The notes under the pieces are model-generated. The model saw nothing but the letters and a program-made list of their open reading frames with translations, made no database searches and was not told the DNA's origin. The position numbers and the translations under genes were made by a program. 63,969 nt of DNA from Squalus acanthias (taxonomy: Eukaryota), in contig CM059432.1 of assembly GCA_030390025.1 (NCBI GenBank), positions 17,300,032-17,364,000 of the forward strand. Reading direction: 5' to 3'. The stretch's first letter is position 1. Every line of letters begins with the position of its first letter. Shown piece by piece: positions 1-12,373 of the stretch.

Positions 1-64
1 CCCCTCCACCCTCCCCCTCCACCCTCTCCCCTCCCCCTCCACCCTCTCCCCTCCCCCTCCTCCC
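1..64. repeat. C-rich low-complexity tandem repeat (CCCCTCC-type units)
   Basis: Repeated ccctccccctccaccctct units seen directly; G4-prone on the minus strand. Confidence 0.85.
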
Positions 65-69
65 TTTAT

Positions 70-290
70 GTTGGCCAGGATACTAGGAGAAGTGCTGGCA
101 TGTCTTTGAATAGTACCATAGGATCACTTCAATAAACAGATATGGCCTCTGCTTAACATCTCATCCAGAAAAACAAACAGACAGCACCTCTTAAAAATAC
201 AGCTCAGGTTTTGTGCTCAATTCCTGGAACGGATTGAACCCACAACCTTCATCCCTCAAAGGCAAGAGCATATCAAGTGAACCAAACTGA
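70..290 (-). mobile_element. Degraded Deu-domain tRNA-derived SINE fragment
   Basis: ttaacatctcatcc...acagcacctc...ttttgtgctcaa...tgaacccacaaccttc resembles the better-preserved SINE copies at 31982-32184 and 16595-16812. Confidence 0.5.
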
Positions 291-1239
291 GATTTATAAT
301 CAGAAGCTCTTTAATTTATGCACACCCCCAAAAACATCGGAGCTGAATTCAAGATCAGCTCCCCACTCCACTTATCATTTTAGTGACCACTGACTGAATT
401 CAATTATCGTGCTCTTTCTCTCAATGCCATCATCAAATTATTAAGATTCCAAGGGAGTCCAGAGAGAAGTTCCAACAGCCCAATAAGTAAATGTCTCCTA
501 CAGTGCACTCCTGTTAACTGCAGAATTACTGTCGTACAAAAACGTATTCCTTGTTGAGTGTATACACTCAAGAGGAGTAAGAGATCCACAGCAACTTCAT
601 AGTACAGAAATTGCAGTCATTATTTTAGAAAATGGAGCTTTTAATTCAAAATGATAAGAAAGTTTAAGGTTAATTTAAGTGTTTATTGTTCCCCATTGTT
701 TTTCCTTATATCCTGGAAATTCTGTGAGCGATGTTATCATATGAACACCTAACACAAATTATTTCAAACTGCCTCCAATAAAATAGTGGTGAGAGAAGTT
801 TGATACATTAAGTGTTCATTCGGTAGCAGCACTCATTTCCAGGCTAACAGTTTTTTTTCCTCACGTGCCTATGTCGAAATTTATTTAACCTTCTCACTTG
901 CAGATTCAGCTGCATTGATACGATATTAATTTTGAAAGAGCTAATCATTGACAAAATGGCCCTGAAGTTGCAGTCGGTATAATGGCAAACTGTCAGAGTT
1001 CAAATCATTCCGCCTTTGAAACTGACCGCAACTTCGGGATTGCGAGATCCTTGTGTGGCGCGTACTTCGGGGCCAGCAGCGGATGCCTTCGCTTCGCTGC
1101 TAACCACAAAGTCAATGCCAACATTTTTAACTCCAGGGCAAAGTTTTGACTGCATTGTGGTCAGTGTTATTAAAGTCATAATCCTGTTAAATCTGCAGGA
1201 TCAAACAACTGTTTAAGTAGTGCACTGTGCTTAAACAAA

Positions 1240-4200
1240 AGGGCATTCTGGAGGGGGAGGGTGAACAGCCAGTTGTCGTGGTGCATATAGGTACCAACGA
1301 CATAGGTAAAAAACGGGATGAGGTCCTAAAAGCTGAATATAGGGAGTTAGGAGGTAAATTAAAAATTAGGACCTCAAAGGTAGTAATCCCAGGATTGCTA
1401 CCAGTGCCACGTGCTAGTCAGAGTAGAAATAGAAGGATATTTCAGATGAATACGTGGCTAGAGGAATGGTGCAAGGGGGAGGGATTCAAATTCTTGGGAC
1501 ATTGGAACCGGTTCTGGGGGAGGTGGGACGAGTACAAACTGGACGGTTTGCACCTGGGCGGGACCGGGACCGATGTCCTAGGGGGAGTGTTTGCTAGTGC
1601 TGTTGGGGAGGGTTAAACTAAAATGGCAGGGGGTTGGGAACCTGTGCAGGGAGACAGAGGAAAGGGAAGCAAGGATAGAAACAAAAGACAGGAAGGAGAA
1701 AAGCAAAAGTGGAAGGCAGAGAAATCAAGGGTGTAAATCAAAGAGGGCTACAGTAAATAATAATTCTAAAAGGACTAAGAGTGTCAAAAAAACAAGCCTG
1801 GAGGCTTTGTGTCTTAATGCGAGGAGCATTCGTAATAAGGTGAATGAATTAGCTGCGCAAATAGATGTAAACGGATATGATATAATTGGGATTATGGAGA
1901 CATGGCTCCAGGGTGACCAAGGCTGGGAATTCAACATCTAGGGGTATTCAATATTCGGGAAGGACAGGCAAAAAGGAAAAGGAGGTGGGGTAGCATTGCT
2001 GGTTAAAGAGGAGATTAACACAATAGTAAGGAAGGATATTAGCTCTGATGATGTGGAATCTGTATGGGTAGAGCTGAGAAATACCTAGGGGCAGAAAAAG
2101 TTAGTGGGAGTTGTATACAGACCCCCAAAAAGTAATGCTGAGGTTGGGGATGGCATTAAACGGGAAATTAGAGACGCGTGCAATAAGGGCACAGCAGTTA
2201 TCATGGGTGACTTTAATCTACATATAGATTGGGCTAACCAAATTAGTAACAATACTGTGGAAGAGGAATTCCTAGAGTGTATACGGGATGGTTTCCTGGA
2301 CCAATATGTCGAGGAACCAACTAGAGATCAGGCCATCTTAGATTGGGTATTATGTAATGAGAAAGGATTAATTAGCAATCTTGTTGTGCGAGGCCCCTTG
2401 GGGAGGAGCGATCATAATATGATAGAATTCTTCATTAAGATGGAGAGTGAAGTAGTTGACTCCAAGACTAGGGTCCTGAATTTAAATAAAGGAAACTACG
2501 ATGGTATGAGGCGCGAGTTGGCTAGGATGGATTGGGGAGCATTACTTAAAGGGTTGATGAAGGATAGGCAATGGCAAACATTTAAAGATCGCATAGATGA
2601 ACTACAGAATTTGTTCATCCCTGTTTGGCGTAAAAATAAAACAAAAAAGGTGACTCAACTGTGGCTAACAAGGGAAATTAGGGATAGCATAAGATCCAAG
2701 GAGAGGACATATAAATTGGCCAGAAAAAGCAGCAAACCTGAGGATTGGGAGCAGTTTAGGATTCAGCAAAGGAGGACAAAGGGATTAATTAAGAGGGGGA
2801 AAATAGAATATAAGAGTAAGCTTTCAGGGAACATAAAAACTGACTGTAAAAGCTTCTATAGATAGAAAAGATAGAAGAGAAAAAGATTGGTGAAGTCAAG
2901 CGTAGGTCCCTTGCAGTCAGAATCAGGGGAATTTATAATGGGGAACAAAGAAATGGCAGACCAATTAAATACATACTTTAGTTCTGTCTTCACAAAGGAG
3001 GACACAAATAACCTCCCAGAGATGTTGGGGAACATAGAGTCGAATGAGAGGGAGGAATTGAAGGAAATCAGTGGTAGAGAAAAAACAGGGAATTATAGAC
3101 CGGTAAGCCTGACATCGGTAGTGGGGAAATTGCTAGAGTCCATTATATAAGATGTAATAGCAGAGCACTTGGAAAACAGTGACAGGATCGGACAAAGTCA
3201 ACATGGATTTACAAAAGGTAAATCATGCTTGACTAATCTACTGGAATTTTTTGAGGATGTAACTGGTAGAACAGATAAGGGAGAACCAGTGGATGTGGTG
3301 TATTTGGACTTTCAGAAAGCTTTCGATAAGGTCCTGCATAAGAGATTAGCGTGCAAAGTTAAAGCACATGGGATTGGGCGTAAGGTACTGACTTGGATAG
3401 AGAACTGGTTGGCAGACAGGAAGCAAAGAGTTGGAATAAATGGGTCTTTTTCCGAGTGGCAGGCAGTGACTAGTGGGGTACCGCAGGGATCGGTGCTAGG
3501 ACCCCAGCTATTCACAATATATATAAATGATCTAGACGAGGGAACTAGATGTAATATCTCCAAGTTTGCAGACGACACAAAGCTGGATGGGCGTGTGTGC
3601 TGTGAGGAGGATGCAGAGAAACTCCAGTATGATTTGGACAGGTTGGGTGATTGGGCAGATGCATGACAGATGCAGTATAATGTGGATAAATGCGAGGTTA
3701 TCCACTTTGGTGGCAAAAACAGGAAGACAGATTATTATCTGAACGGCAATAGATTGGGAAAAGGGGAAGTGCAACGAGACCTGGGTGTCCTTGTGCACCA
3801 GTCGTTGAAGGTAAACATGCAGGTGCAGCAGGCGGTTAAGAAGGCAAATGGTATGTTGGCAAGGAGCAAGGATGTCTTGCTGCAATTGTACAGGGCCTTG
3901 GTGAGACCACACCTTGAGTATTGTGTGTAGTTTTGGTCGCCTTATCTGAGGAAGGATGTTCTTGCCATGGAGGGAGTGCAGCGAAGATTCACCAGACTGA
4001 TACCTGGGATGGCAGGAATGACGTATGAAGAGAGATTGGGTCGATTAGGCTTATATTCGCTAGAGTTTAAAAGAATGAGAGGGGATCCCATTGAAACTTA
4101 TAACATTCTAACAGGATTGGACAGACTAGATGCAGGAAGGATGTTCCCGATGGCGGGGGAGTCCAGAACCAGAGGTCACAGTCTAAAGATAAGGGGTAAG

Positions 4201-4470
4201 CCATTTAGGACTGAGATGAGGAGGAATTTCTTCACCCAGAGAGTGGTGAAACTGTGGAATTCTCTACCACAGAAGGCAGTTGAGGCCAATTCATTAAATA
4301 TATTCAAGAAGGAGATAGATATATTTCTTAAGGTTAAAGGGATCAAGGGATATGGGGAGAAAGCAGGGACAGGATACTGAATTTGGATGATCAACTATGA
4401 TCTCATTAAATGGCGGAACAGGCTCGAGGGGCCGAATGGCCTACTCCTGCTCCTATCTTCTATGTTTCTA
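1240..4470 (+). mobile_element. CR1 LINE (family A), 5'-truncated: ORF1 SGNH-esterase C-half plus APE endonuclease-RT ORF2, pseudogenised
   Basis: VVHIGTND...DGLHL esterase motifs; NARSIRNK, YRPP, MGDFN, SDH (APE); QGSVLGP, KFADD (RT); stop codons; ~0.2 kb internal deletion at ~3071; 3' tail ttctatgtttcta. Confidence 0.95.
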
Positions 4471-4779
4471 AATGAACAGGAGTGTTCCCAGCCCATGTGA
4501 GCATGTGATTGCCACATATTATGTTGAATGCATCATTATGAATTCATCAGATGCTAAACAGATCCTCACACTTGTGCTGAAGCGTGTCTATTTTTACAAA
4601 TTACAAAAATTTGTGTGGTTTCTTTCCTCCCCTCCTGAAGGAACTGACTCGTGCTGGGGGAAGTTGGCACGGTGCCAGTCACTCTCTAGAACCTTCTCAA
4701 ATGGCAATTTTTTTTGTTATGAAACTAGACAGTGAGTATCAGCAACCTTTTCAAACATGGGGGGTGGGTGGGGGGAATG

Positions 4780-4965
4780 ATATCACAGCTGTGCCGAATC
4801 CTGTCCTCACCTATTGTCCACACCCACTTTAGCAGGAGTAAATGAATAGCAGTCAGGAGCAGGAATCCTAGCTAATTCTTGAGGCCAAATGTAGCGCCCT
4901 AGAGCTGTGCCAACTGAGATCAGCTAACTCCGCACAGTCCAGGGATTAAACCTGGGAGCTTCCTC
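4780..4965 (-). mobile_element. Old tRNA-derived SINE fragment
   Basis: Minus strand cccaggtttaatccctgg (B-box-like) followed by gagttagctgatctcag. Confidence 0.4.
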
Positions 4966-5005
4966 GTTTATATATTTTAGCTCCAACCTAAAGAAAGAAC
5001 TTGCA

Positions 5006-8000
5006 TTTAGGGAGCTAGGTTGGAAGCTGAGAGCCAGTACAAACCATGTTGTAATTTCTGGTTTGTTGCCGGTGCCACGTGCTAGCGAGTTGAGGAACAG
5101 GGAGAGAGTGCAGATAAACACGTGGCTGCAGGGATGGTGTAGGGGGGAGGGTTTCAGTTATGTGGATAATTGGAGCACATTCTGGGGAAGGTGGGACCTG
5201 TACAAACAGGACGGTTTGCACCTGAACCAGAGGGGCACCAATATCCTGGGAGGGAAATTTGCTACGGCTCTTCGGGGGGGGTTTAAACTAATTTGTCAGG
5301 GGGATGGGAAAAAGGGCTGTAGTCCACGAGCCAGTGGTGAGTGTAGGGAGGTACTGAGGAGGGTATCAAGGTCGCGGGAATGTACCGGCAGACAGGAAGA
5401 TGGCTTGAAGTGTGTCTACTTCAATGCAAGGAGCATCCGGAATAAGGTAGGAGAACTTGGAGCGTGGATTGGTACTTGGGACTACGATGTGGTGGCCATT
5501 ACGGAGACATGGTTAGAACAGGGACAGGAATGGTTGTTGGAAGTTCCGGGGTATAGATGTTTCAGTAAGAGTAGGGAAGGTGGTAAGAAAGGTGGAGGAG
5601 TAGCATTGTTAATCAAGGATAGTTCAACAGCGGCAGAAAGGCAGTTCGAGGGGGATCTGCCGTCTGAGGTAATATGGGCTGAAGTTAGAAATAGGAAAGG
5701 AGCGGTCACGTTGTTAGGAGTTTTCTACAGGCCCCCAAATAGTAATAGAGATGTGGAGGAAGAAATTGCAAAGCAGATTATGAATAGGTGTGGAGGTCAC
5801 AGAGTAGTTGTCATGGGTGACTTCAACTTTCCAAATATTGATTGGAACCTTTATAGGTCAAACAGTTCGGATGGGATAGTTTTTGCACAGTGTGTGCAGG
5901 AGGGTTTCCTGACACAATATGTGGATAGGCCGACAAGAGGTGGGGCCACGTTGGATTTGGTACTGGGTAATGAACCGGGCCAAGTGTTTGATTTGTATGT
6001 GGGAGAGCACTTTGGAGATAGTGACCACAATTCGGTAACTTTCACTATTGCAATGGAGAGGGATAGGGCCATACGGCAGGGCAGGGTTTATAATTGGGGG
6101 AGGGGTAATTATGATGCGATTAGGCAAGAATTAGGGAGTATAAGATGGGAACAGAAACTATCAGGGAAAGGCACAAACGAAAAGTGGAGCTTTTTCATGG
6201 AGCAATTACTGCGTGTCCTTGATAGGTATGTCCCTGTCAGGCAGGGAGGAAATGGCCGAGTGAGAGAACCATGGTTCACAAAAGAGGTTGAATGTCTAGT
6301 CAAGAGGAAAAAGGAAGCGTATGTAAGGATGAGAAAACAAGGTTCAGTTGGGTCGATTGAGGGGTACAAGGTAGCAAGGAATGAGCTAAAAAAAGAGCTT
6401 AGGAGAGCTAGGAGGGGGCATGAGAAGTCCTTGGCGGGTCGGATCAAGAAAAACCCCAAGGCTTTTTACTCTTATGTGAGAAATAAAAGAATGACCAGGG
6501 TGAAGGTAGGGCCGGTCAAGGACAGTAGTGGGAACTTGTGCATGGAGTCAGAAGAGATAGGAGAGGTGATGAATGAATACTTTTCGTCAGTGTTCACCGA
6601 GGAGAGGGGCCATGTTCTTGAGGATGAGAGTGTGATAAAGGTGGATAGGCTGGAGGTGGTAGATGTTCTGAGGGAAGATGTTTTAGCAATTTTGAAGAAC
6701 CTGAGGGTCGATAAGTCCCCTGGGCCAGATGGGATATATCCTAGGATTCTTTGGGAGGCAAGGGAGGAGATTGCAGAGCCTCTGGCTTTGATCTTTGGGT
6801 CCTCACTGTCCACGGGGATGGTGCCAGAGGACTGGAGAGTGGCGAATGTTGTTCCTCTCTTCAAGAAAGGAAATAGGAATTACCCTGGTAATTATAGGCC
6901 GGTTAGTCTTACTTCGGTGGTTGGTAAGATAATGGAAAAGGTCCTGAGGGATAGGATTTATGACCATTTGGAAAGGGGCAACTTAATCAGGGATAGTCAA
7001 CACGGATTCGTGAAGGGTAAGTCTTGCCTAACAAATTTGATTGAATTCTTTGAGGAGGTAACTAAGTGTGTAGATGAAGGTAGAGCAGTTGATGTCGTAT
7101 ACATGGATTTTAGTAAGGCGTTTGATAAGGTTCCCCATAGTCGTCTCATGAAGAAAGTAAGGAGTTGTGGGATAGAGGGAAATTTGGCCGATTGGATAAG
7201 TAACTGGCTATCTCATAGAAGGCAGAGGGTGGTGGTGGATGGAACATTTTCGGACTGGAGACCAGTTACCAGCGGTGTGCCACAGGGGTCGGTGCTGGGT
7301 CCTCTGCTGTTTGTGATTTTTATCAATGACTTGGAGGAGGGGACTGAAGGGTGGATCAGTAAATTTGCTGATGACACCAAGATTGGTGGAGTAGTGGATG
7401 AGGTGGAGGGCAGTTGTAGGCTGCAAAGAGACATTGATAGGATGCAGAGCTGGGCCGAAAAATGGCAGATGGAATTTAACCCTGATAAGTGCGAGGTGAT
7501 TCATTTTGGTAGGGCAAATTTGAATAAGGATTACAGGGTCAACGGCAGGGTTCTGAGGAACGTGGAGGAGCAGAGGGATCTGGGGGTTCATATCCACAGA
7601 TCTCTGAAGGTTGCCACTCAAGTGGATAGAGCAGTAAAGAAGGCCTATGGTGTGTTGGCGTTTATTAACAGAGGGTTTGAGTTTAAGAACCGTGAGGTTA
7701 TGCTGCAACTGTACAGAACCTTGGTGAGACCACATTTGGAATATTGTGTGCAGTTCTGGTCACCTCACTATAGGAAGGACGTGGAAGCATTGGAAAGAGT
7801 GCAAAGGAGATTTACCAGGATGCTGCCTGGTTTGGGGGGGAGGTCTTATGAGGAAAGATTGAGGGAGTTGGGGCTTTTCTCTTTAGAGCGGAGGAGGATG
7901 AGAGGCGACTTAATAGAGGTTTATAAGATGATGAGGGGGATAGATAGAGTGGATGTTCAGAGACTATTTCCTCGGGTAGAGGCAGCTGTTACAAGGGGGC

Positions 8001-8272
8001 ATAACTATAAGGTGCATGGGGGGAGATATAGAAGGGATGTCCGAGGTAGATTCTTTACTCAGAGAGTGGTTGGGGTGTGGAATGGACTGCCTGCTGTGAT
8101 AGTGGAGTCGGACACTTTAGGAACTTTCAAGCGGTTATTGGATAAGCACATGGAGCACACCAGAGTGATAGGGAGTGTGATAGCTTGATCTTGGTCTCGG
8201 ACAATGCTCGGCACAACATCGAGGGCCGAAGGGCCTGTACTGTGCTGTACTGTTCTATGTATCTATGTATCT
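5006..8272 (+). mobile_element. CR1 LINE (family B), young, 5'-truncated inside ORF1, inserted into a SINE/L2-type tail
   Basis: Intact coding region; 3' tail ttctatgtatctatg; flanks rejoin as aaagaacttgcatt|tatagcaccttgcacaacctcag. Confidence 0.95.
5063..8188 (+). CDS. CR1 ORF1 esterase C-terminus fused in frame to an intact ORF2 (APE endonuclease + reverse transcriptase), 1041 aa open frame with no native AUG start
   Basis: DGLHLN (ORF1), then GGFKLICQG linker, FNARSIRNK, ITETW, YRPP, MGDFN, SDHN, KSPGPDG, QHGF, DFSKAFD, QGSVLGP, KFADD; no stops. Confidence 0.9.
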   Translation: MLPVPRASELRNRERVQINTWLQGWCRGEGFSYVDNWSTFWGRWDLYKQDGLHLNQRGTNILGGKFATALRGGFKLICQGDGKKGCSPRASGECREVLRRVSRSRECTGRQEDGLKCVYFNARSIRNKVGELGAWIGTWDYDVVAITETWLEQGQEWLLEVPGYRCFSKSREGGKKGGGVALLIKDSSTAAERQFEGDLPSEVIWAEVRNRKGAVTLLGVFYRPPNSNRDVEEEIAKQIMNRCGGHRVVVMGDFNFPNIDWNLYRSNSSDGIVFAQCVQEGFLTQYVDRPTRGGATLDLVLGNEPGQVFDLYVGEHFGDSDHNSVTFTIAMERDRAIRQGRVYNWGRGNYDAIRQELGSIRWEQKLSGKGTNEKWSFFMEQLLRVLDRYVPVRQGGNGRVREPWFTKEVECLVKRKKEAYVRMRKQGSVGSIEGYKVARNELKKELRRARRGHEKSLAGRIKKNPKAFYSYVRNKRMTRVKVGPVKDSSGNLCMESEEIGEVMNEYFSSVFTEERGHVLEDESVIKVDRLEVVDVLREDVLAILKNLRVDKSPGPDGIYPRILWEAREEIAEPLALIFGSSLSTGMVPEDWRVANVVPLFKKGNRNYPGNYRPVSLTSVVGKIMEKVLRDRIYDHLERGNLIRDSQHGFVKGKSCLTNLIEFFEEVTKCVDEGRAVDVVYMDFSKAFDKVPHSRLMKKVRSCGIEGNLADWISNWLSHRRQRVVVDGTFSDWRPVTSGVPQGSVLGPLLFVIFINDLEEGTEGWISKFADDTKIGGVVDEVEGSCRLQRDIDRMQSWAEKWQMEFNPDKCEVIHFGRANLNKDYRVNGRVLRNVEEQRDLGVHIHRSLKVATQVDRAVKKAYGVLAFINRGFEFKNREVMLQLYRTLVRPHLEYCVQFWSPHYRKDVEALERVQRRFTRMLPGLGGRSYEERLRELGLFSLERRRMRGDLIEVYKMMRGIDRVDVQRLFPRVEAAVTRGHNYKVHGGRYRRDVRGRFFTQRVVGVWNGLPAVIVESDTLGTFKRLLDKHMEHTRVIGSVIA

Positions 8273-9199
8273 GTATAGCACCTTGCACAACCTCAGCAAG
8301 TGCTTTACAGACAATGTAGTACTTTAGAAGTGTCGTCACTGTTGAGTCAATGCGCTTACCAATTGACCCATAAGTGGCGCTCCAACAGCCTTTATATCGG
8401 TATGCTTAATACAACATTGATTACTGTGCCTTTTTATTAGCTTTTTTGACCTGCCATGCTTTCTAGAAGAAGGGAATTTCCACCCCATCTGCTGTAGTCC
8501 GAGAAATACCCTTGTACTGTAATTACATATTTAGTTTATATCAGCTGGTGAACAGTTCTTTCATCATGATGTTATTTTTTTGAAAATGCTGATGACTAGC
8601 TACCATTTATGAAGTGCATGTTTGCAAAGAACACAGAGGCAGGAATCGAAAATGAATACTGTGGATTACTACAGCTCTTTTACTGACACAGCATTATACA
8701 TAGCCACACTTCCGAGGGATCAGATTTCTAGTTGTGGGTGGTTGAGAACTGTAATGGAGAAATTGCTTGGAATAATCCAATTTTCAATGATCTGTTAAGA
8801 GGTCCCTAACTGCCAAAATGGATGATCGGAGTCACAAAGAAAAGAAAAGGGGAAAATAAAAGGTTTTAAAGTAATTTTTAAATTTAGAAAAATAGATTTG
8901 TTTAGATTAGGCAGAGAAAAAGCAGAAACAAAACCTATAGGGATTAGGAACAGCGAAAAATACTGAATTAGAAAAGACCATTATGGTCCAATTGGATGCT
9001 CCCAGAGTCTGAGCCATATCATATCCTACAATTCCTCTCTCACTCTCTTCAAATTTTTCTCTTGGTGCTTCTCCAACTCTCTCGTGAATTTGCTGATTTA
9101 AATCAGCCCACACTGCTTCACTTAGTAGCCCATTACAGACATTCATCACCTTCTGCTTAAAGAGGCAAGGATGTGAGAATGAGAAGAAGGATCAATAGG

Positions 9200-9440
9200 C
9201 AGTGGGTAAGTTATACAGTTTTCTTGGTTAGACTGCACCTTGAATACTGTGTTCAGTTATAATCACATGCCCTGTATGTAGCACAGAGAAGGAAGGACAA
9301 GGCGGCTGATCAATAGCGGTAGTGGACTGAATTGTGAGGAAAGGTTAGAAAATATTGGACTGTTCAGTCTTAATAGAAAGTGAATGAGAGGGAATTATTT
9401 CAAGTTATACCACGACTTCAAGATATAGATGCAAACTGAT
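9200..9440 (+). mobile_element. Highly degraded CR1 ORF2 3' fragment
   Basis: ttggttagactgcaccttgaatactgtgttcagtt resembles the LVRPHLEYCVQF-coding region of other copies. Confidence 0.55.
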
Positions 9441-10550
9441 AAATGGCAGGTTCAGGACTTACGTTCGGAAACATTTCGCATAAAGAGAGGTTAATACCTC
9501 ATCTCTCCCGAAAAGAAACAAGAAAAAGAGTGAAGCAGAAAAGAGACAGGCAGAGGAGTAGAAGAGAAGAGAAAGAGAAACAGAAGGAAAAGAGAGAGGT
9601 AGAGAAGTGGCAAAATGAAGACAACAGAGGTAGGTAAGAGGGAGACTATATGCTCTGATTTACTAAAATGCTTATCAAGTTGAGAGATGTCAGTGTGAAA
9701 AATTGTGTCTTTTTTGACCTTATGCACTCAAGCCAGCATCAGGACTTCCAGGTCAGATATAGGACAGCCAGATGTAAATAATGTACTGAGACTCGATCTG
9801 AGAAGAGTATTTCCTACTCCACTAGTTTCTATGCAAGTGAGACTGCCAGTTTTGAGACCTCCGATCTCAGAAGGTCCAGGTGTAAGATGTAATGCCAGCT
9901 TCTTCAGGTGCCACTCAAAATGGATGTCCTTTGGTCACAACTAGTCTGAGACTTCTTTTGTAGGCATGGACCGAGGTCTTTATTTTTTGGAAAGTCTAGG
10001 AAATCCTGGGGCATTGTAAAGGGAGGCAGATACCTGACATGGTGGGTCTCCTCCCACATTTTGTCACAGGCTGTTGTAGTTCTATACTCTCTATTGTTAA
10101 AGCACAAACCAGTCTAATGCCACAATGCATGGCCAGATTATACAGGAGACAGCACATGATGGAAATTTTACATACCTCATTGGGAGGGGGTGTGGGGAGG
10201 GGTTAGATTGCATTCAGTCCAGGCAATAGAATCAAACTTTGGACAGATCAATGGCATTTTTGATCATCAACCTCATAGTCAGCTGCTTTGGACCTGTGTT
10301 ATTCGGGATTTTGTAGATCACTTAATGTCATCACTTGCCATGTGACTTGATGTCATATCAGTGATCATCCAGAAATCAGCCATAAGAGTCCATCATTACT
10401 CTTGAATAATTGGATCAGAGCAATTAGCTTAGAATGAATGACTGAGTAGCTGGCATAAATTTGTGGAATTACATTTTGTACTTGACAAATACCTCCGTGT
10501 GCATTGAAAAGACTCCTTGGGGTAGAAATTAGTATGTGTCGCATCCAATT

Positions 10551-10590
10551 TATAGGCACAAAATCAGGGTTATAGGCACAAAATCAGGGT
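10551..10590. repeat. Perfect 20-bp tandem duplication
   Basis: tataggcacaaaatcagggt x2. Confidence 0.95.
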
Positions 10591-11636
10591 TGGGGGACCA
10601 ATTTTGGATGGCGGTATTCCGTGCATGATCCCCCCAGAAATGCTGACAAATTGGCAGCCGGCAATTTCTGTGCCCAGGCACCTGCCTAAAACAGGCATTA
10701 TGCCCCTTGATTATGCTAATCTAGAGCCTATTGCCTATTTCAGGACCCTAGTGCAAAATTGGGCAAAAACTGAGTGGAGCATGAGAGATTATTGGAGTCA
10801 TTGAGGGAAGCGCATAGCAGTCTCCAACTCATGGTGGCTAGTGTCACACCATGCATGTGGAAAGTGTTCATGCTAGGCATCTGCCCCTCGTCCCCTTGGA
10901 ACGAGGGGCAGATCCAAGGCCATCTGCAGCACAGCCCTTAATGCAGAGGCCATTGCACCAATCTCTCCTGAATACTCAGATTGCAGACATACAGGCCTTG
11001 GGCTGCAATGTTATCTCCTCCCTTAATGACTCCAATAATCTCTCATGCTCAGAAGACATTGTTCTTTTAAAAGCTAGGCCCCAGAGAACAGATTCCTTGA
11101 CCTCATTGCTGTGGAGGGGGAGTGACCTCGGCCCCCTGCAAGGTGCTTCCTGTTCCTCGTCTTCCACTTCCAGCTGCTCCTGTCGTGTGCTCTGTGTATC
11201 ACCTGGTGAGCTGTCCTCCATCTGACTATCTAAATTCCCCAGTGTTGATGGATCTGTGCCGTTACTTGGGAGTGTGAGAAGTAGTGATGCAGTGTCAGCT
11301 TTGTGACTGCTTCTGGGAGAGACCTGCTGGTTCTTCTTCTGCTATATCTATAGAGGCAGAAAGAAGCTACTGTTCGGAAAAGGAACTCAGAATAATTTAG
11401 TATAGAACTGCCCTGGGCAAGCAGCTGACGTGGTGCTCCATTTGTTGTCAGCTTGTGTGTTCGTGCTTGAAGGAGGATCAACGATAATTTGTAGAAAATG
11501 TCTTTCCCATACAAAGCCTGAGCATGAACATGCCTTCCTGTTTTCCTCAAATGTGTATTGCCATAGGAAACCTTCCAGTTGCAGCTTTCTCCCTTCTATT
11601 GTACACAAACTTCTACTACAACAGAAGAAGCAGAAT

Positions 11637-12373
11637 TAAATGGTGAGAGATTGGGAAATGTTGGTGTTCAGAGGGACCTGGGTGTCTTTGTACATGAATC
11701 ACTGAAAGTTAACATGCAGGTACAGCAAACAATTAGGAAATCAAATGGTATGTTGGCCTTTATTACAAGAGGATTTGAGTATGAGTAAAGACGTCTTACT
11801 GCAATTATATAGGACCCTGGTGAGACCACACCTGGAGTATTGTGTACAGTTTTGATCTCCTTACCTAAGAGGGAGTGCAACAAAGGTTCACCAGACTGGT
11901 TCCTGGGATGGGGGGATTGTCCTATGAGGACAGATTAAGTAGACTAGGCCTATATTCTCTAGAGTTTAGAAGAATGAGAGGCGATCTCATTGAAATATAC
12001 AAAATTCTTACAGGGCTTGACAGGGTAGATGCAGGGAGGATGTTTCCCCTGGCTGGGGAGTCTAGAACCAGGGGTCACAGTCTCAGAATAAGGGGTCGAC
12101 CATTTAGGACTGAGATGAGGAGAAATTTCTTCACTCAGAGGGTGGTGAATCTTTGGAATTCTCTACCCCAGAGGGCTGTGGAGGCTCAGTCGTTGAGTAT
12201 ATTCAAGACACAGATCGATAGATTTTTGAATATTAAGGGAATCAAGGGATATGGGGATAGTTCAGGAAAGTGGAGATGAGGTAGAAGATCAGCCATGATC
12301 TTATTGAATGGTAGAGCAAGCTCAAAGGGCCAAATGGCCAACTCCTGCTCCTATTTCTTATGTTCTTATGTTA
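11637..12373 (+). mobile_element. CR1 LINE 3' fragment
   Basis: QRDLGV...RRMRGDLIE...RNFFTQRVV; tail ttcttatgttcttatg. Confidence 0.93.

Noticed and set aside
404..589. Leu-rich 61-aa minus-strand ORF
   Set aside because: Non-AUG start, no clear splice signals and no recognisable homology.
9505..9640. Lys/Glu/Arg-rich ORF
   Set aside because: Simple purine-rich low-complexity tract.
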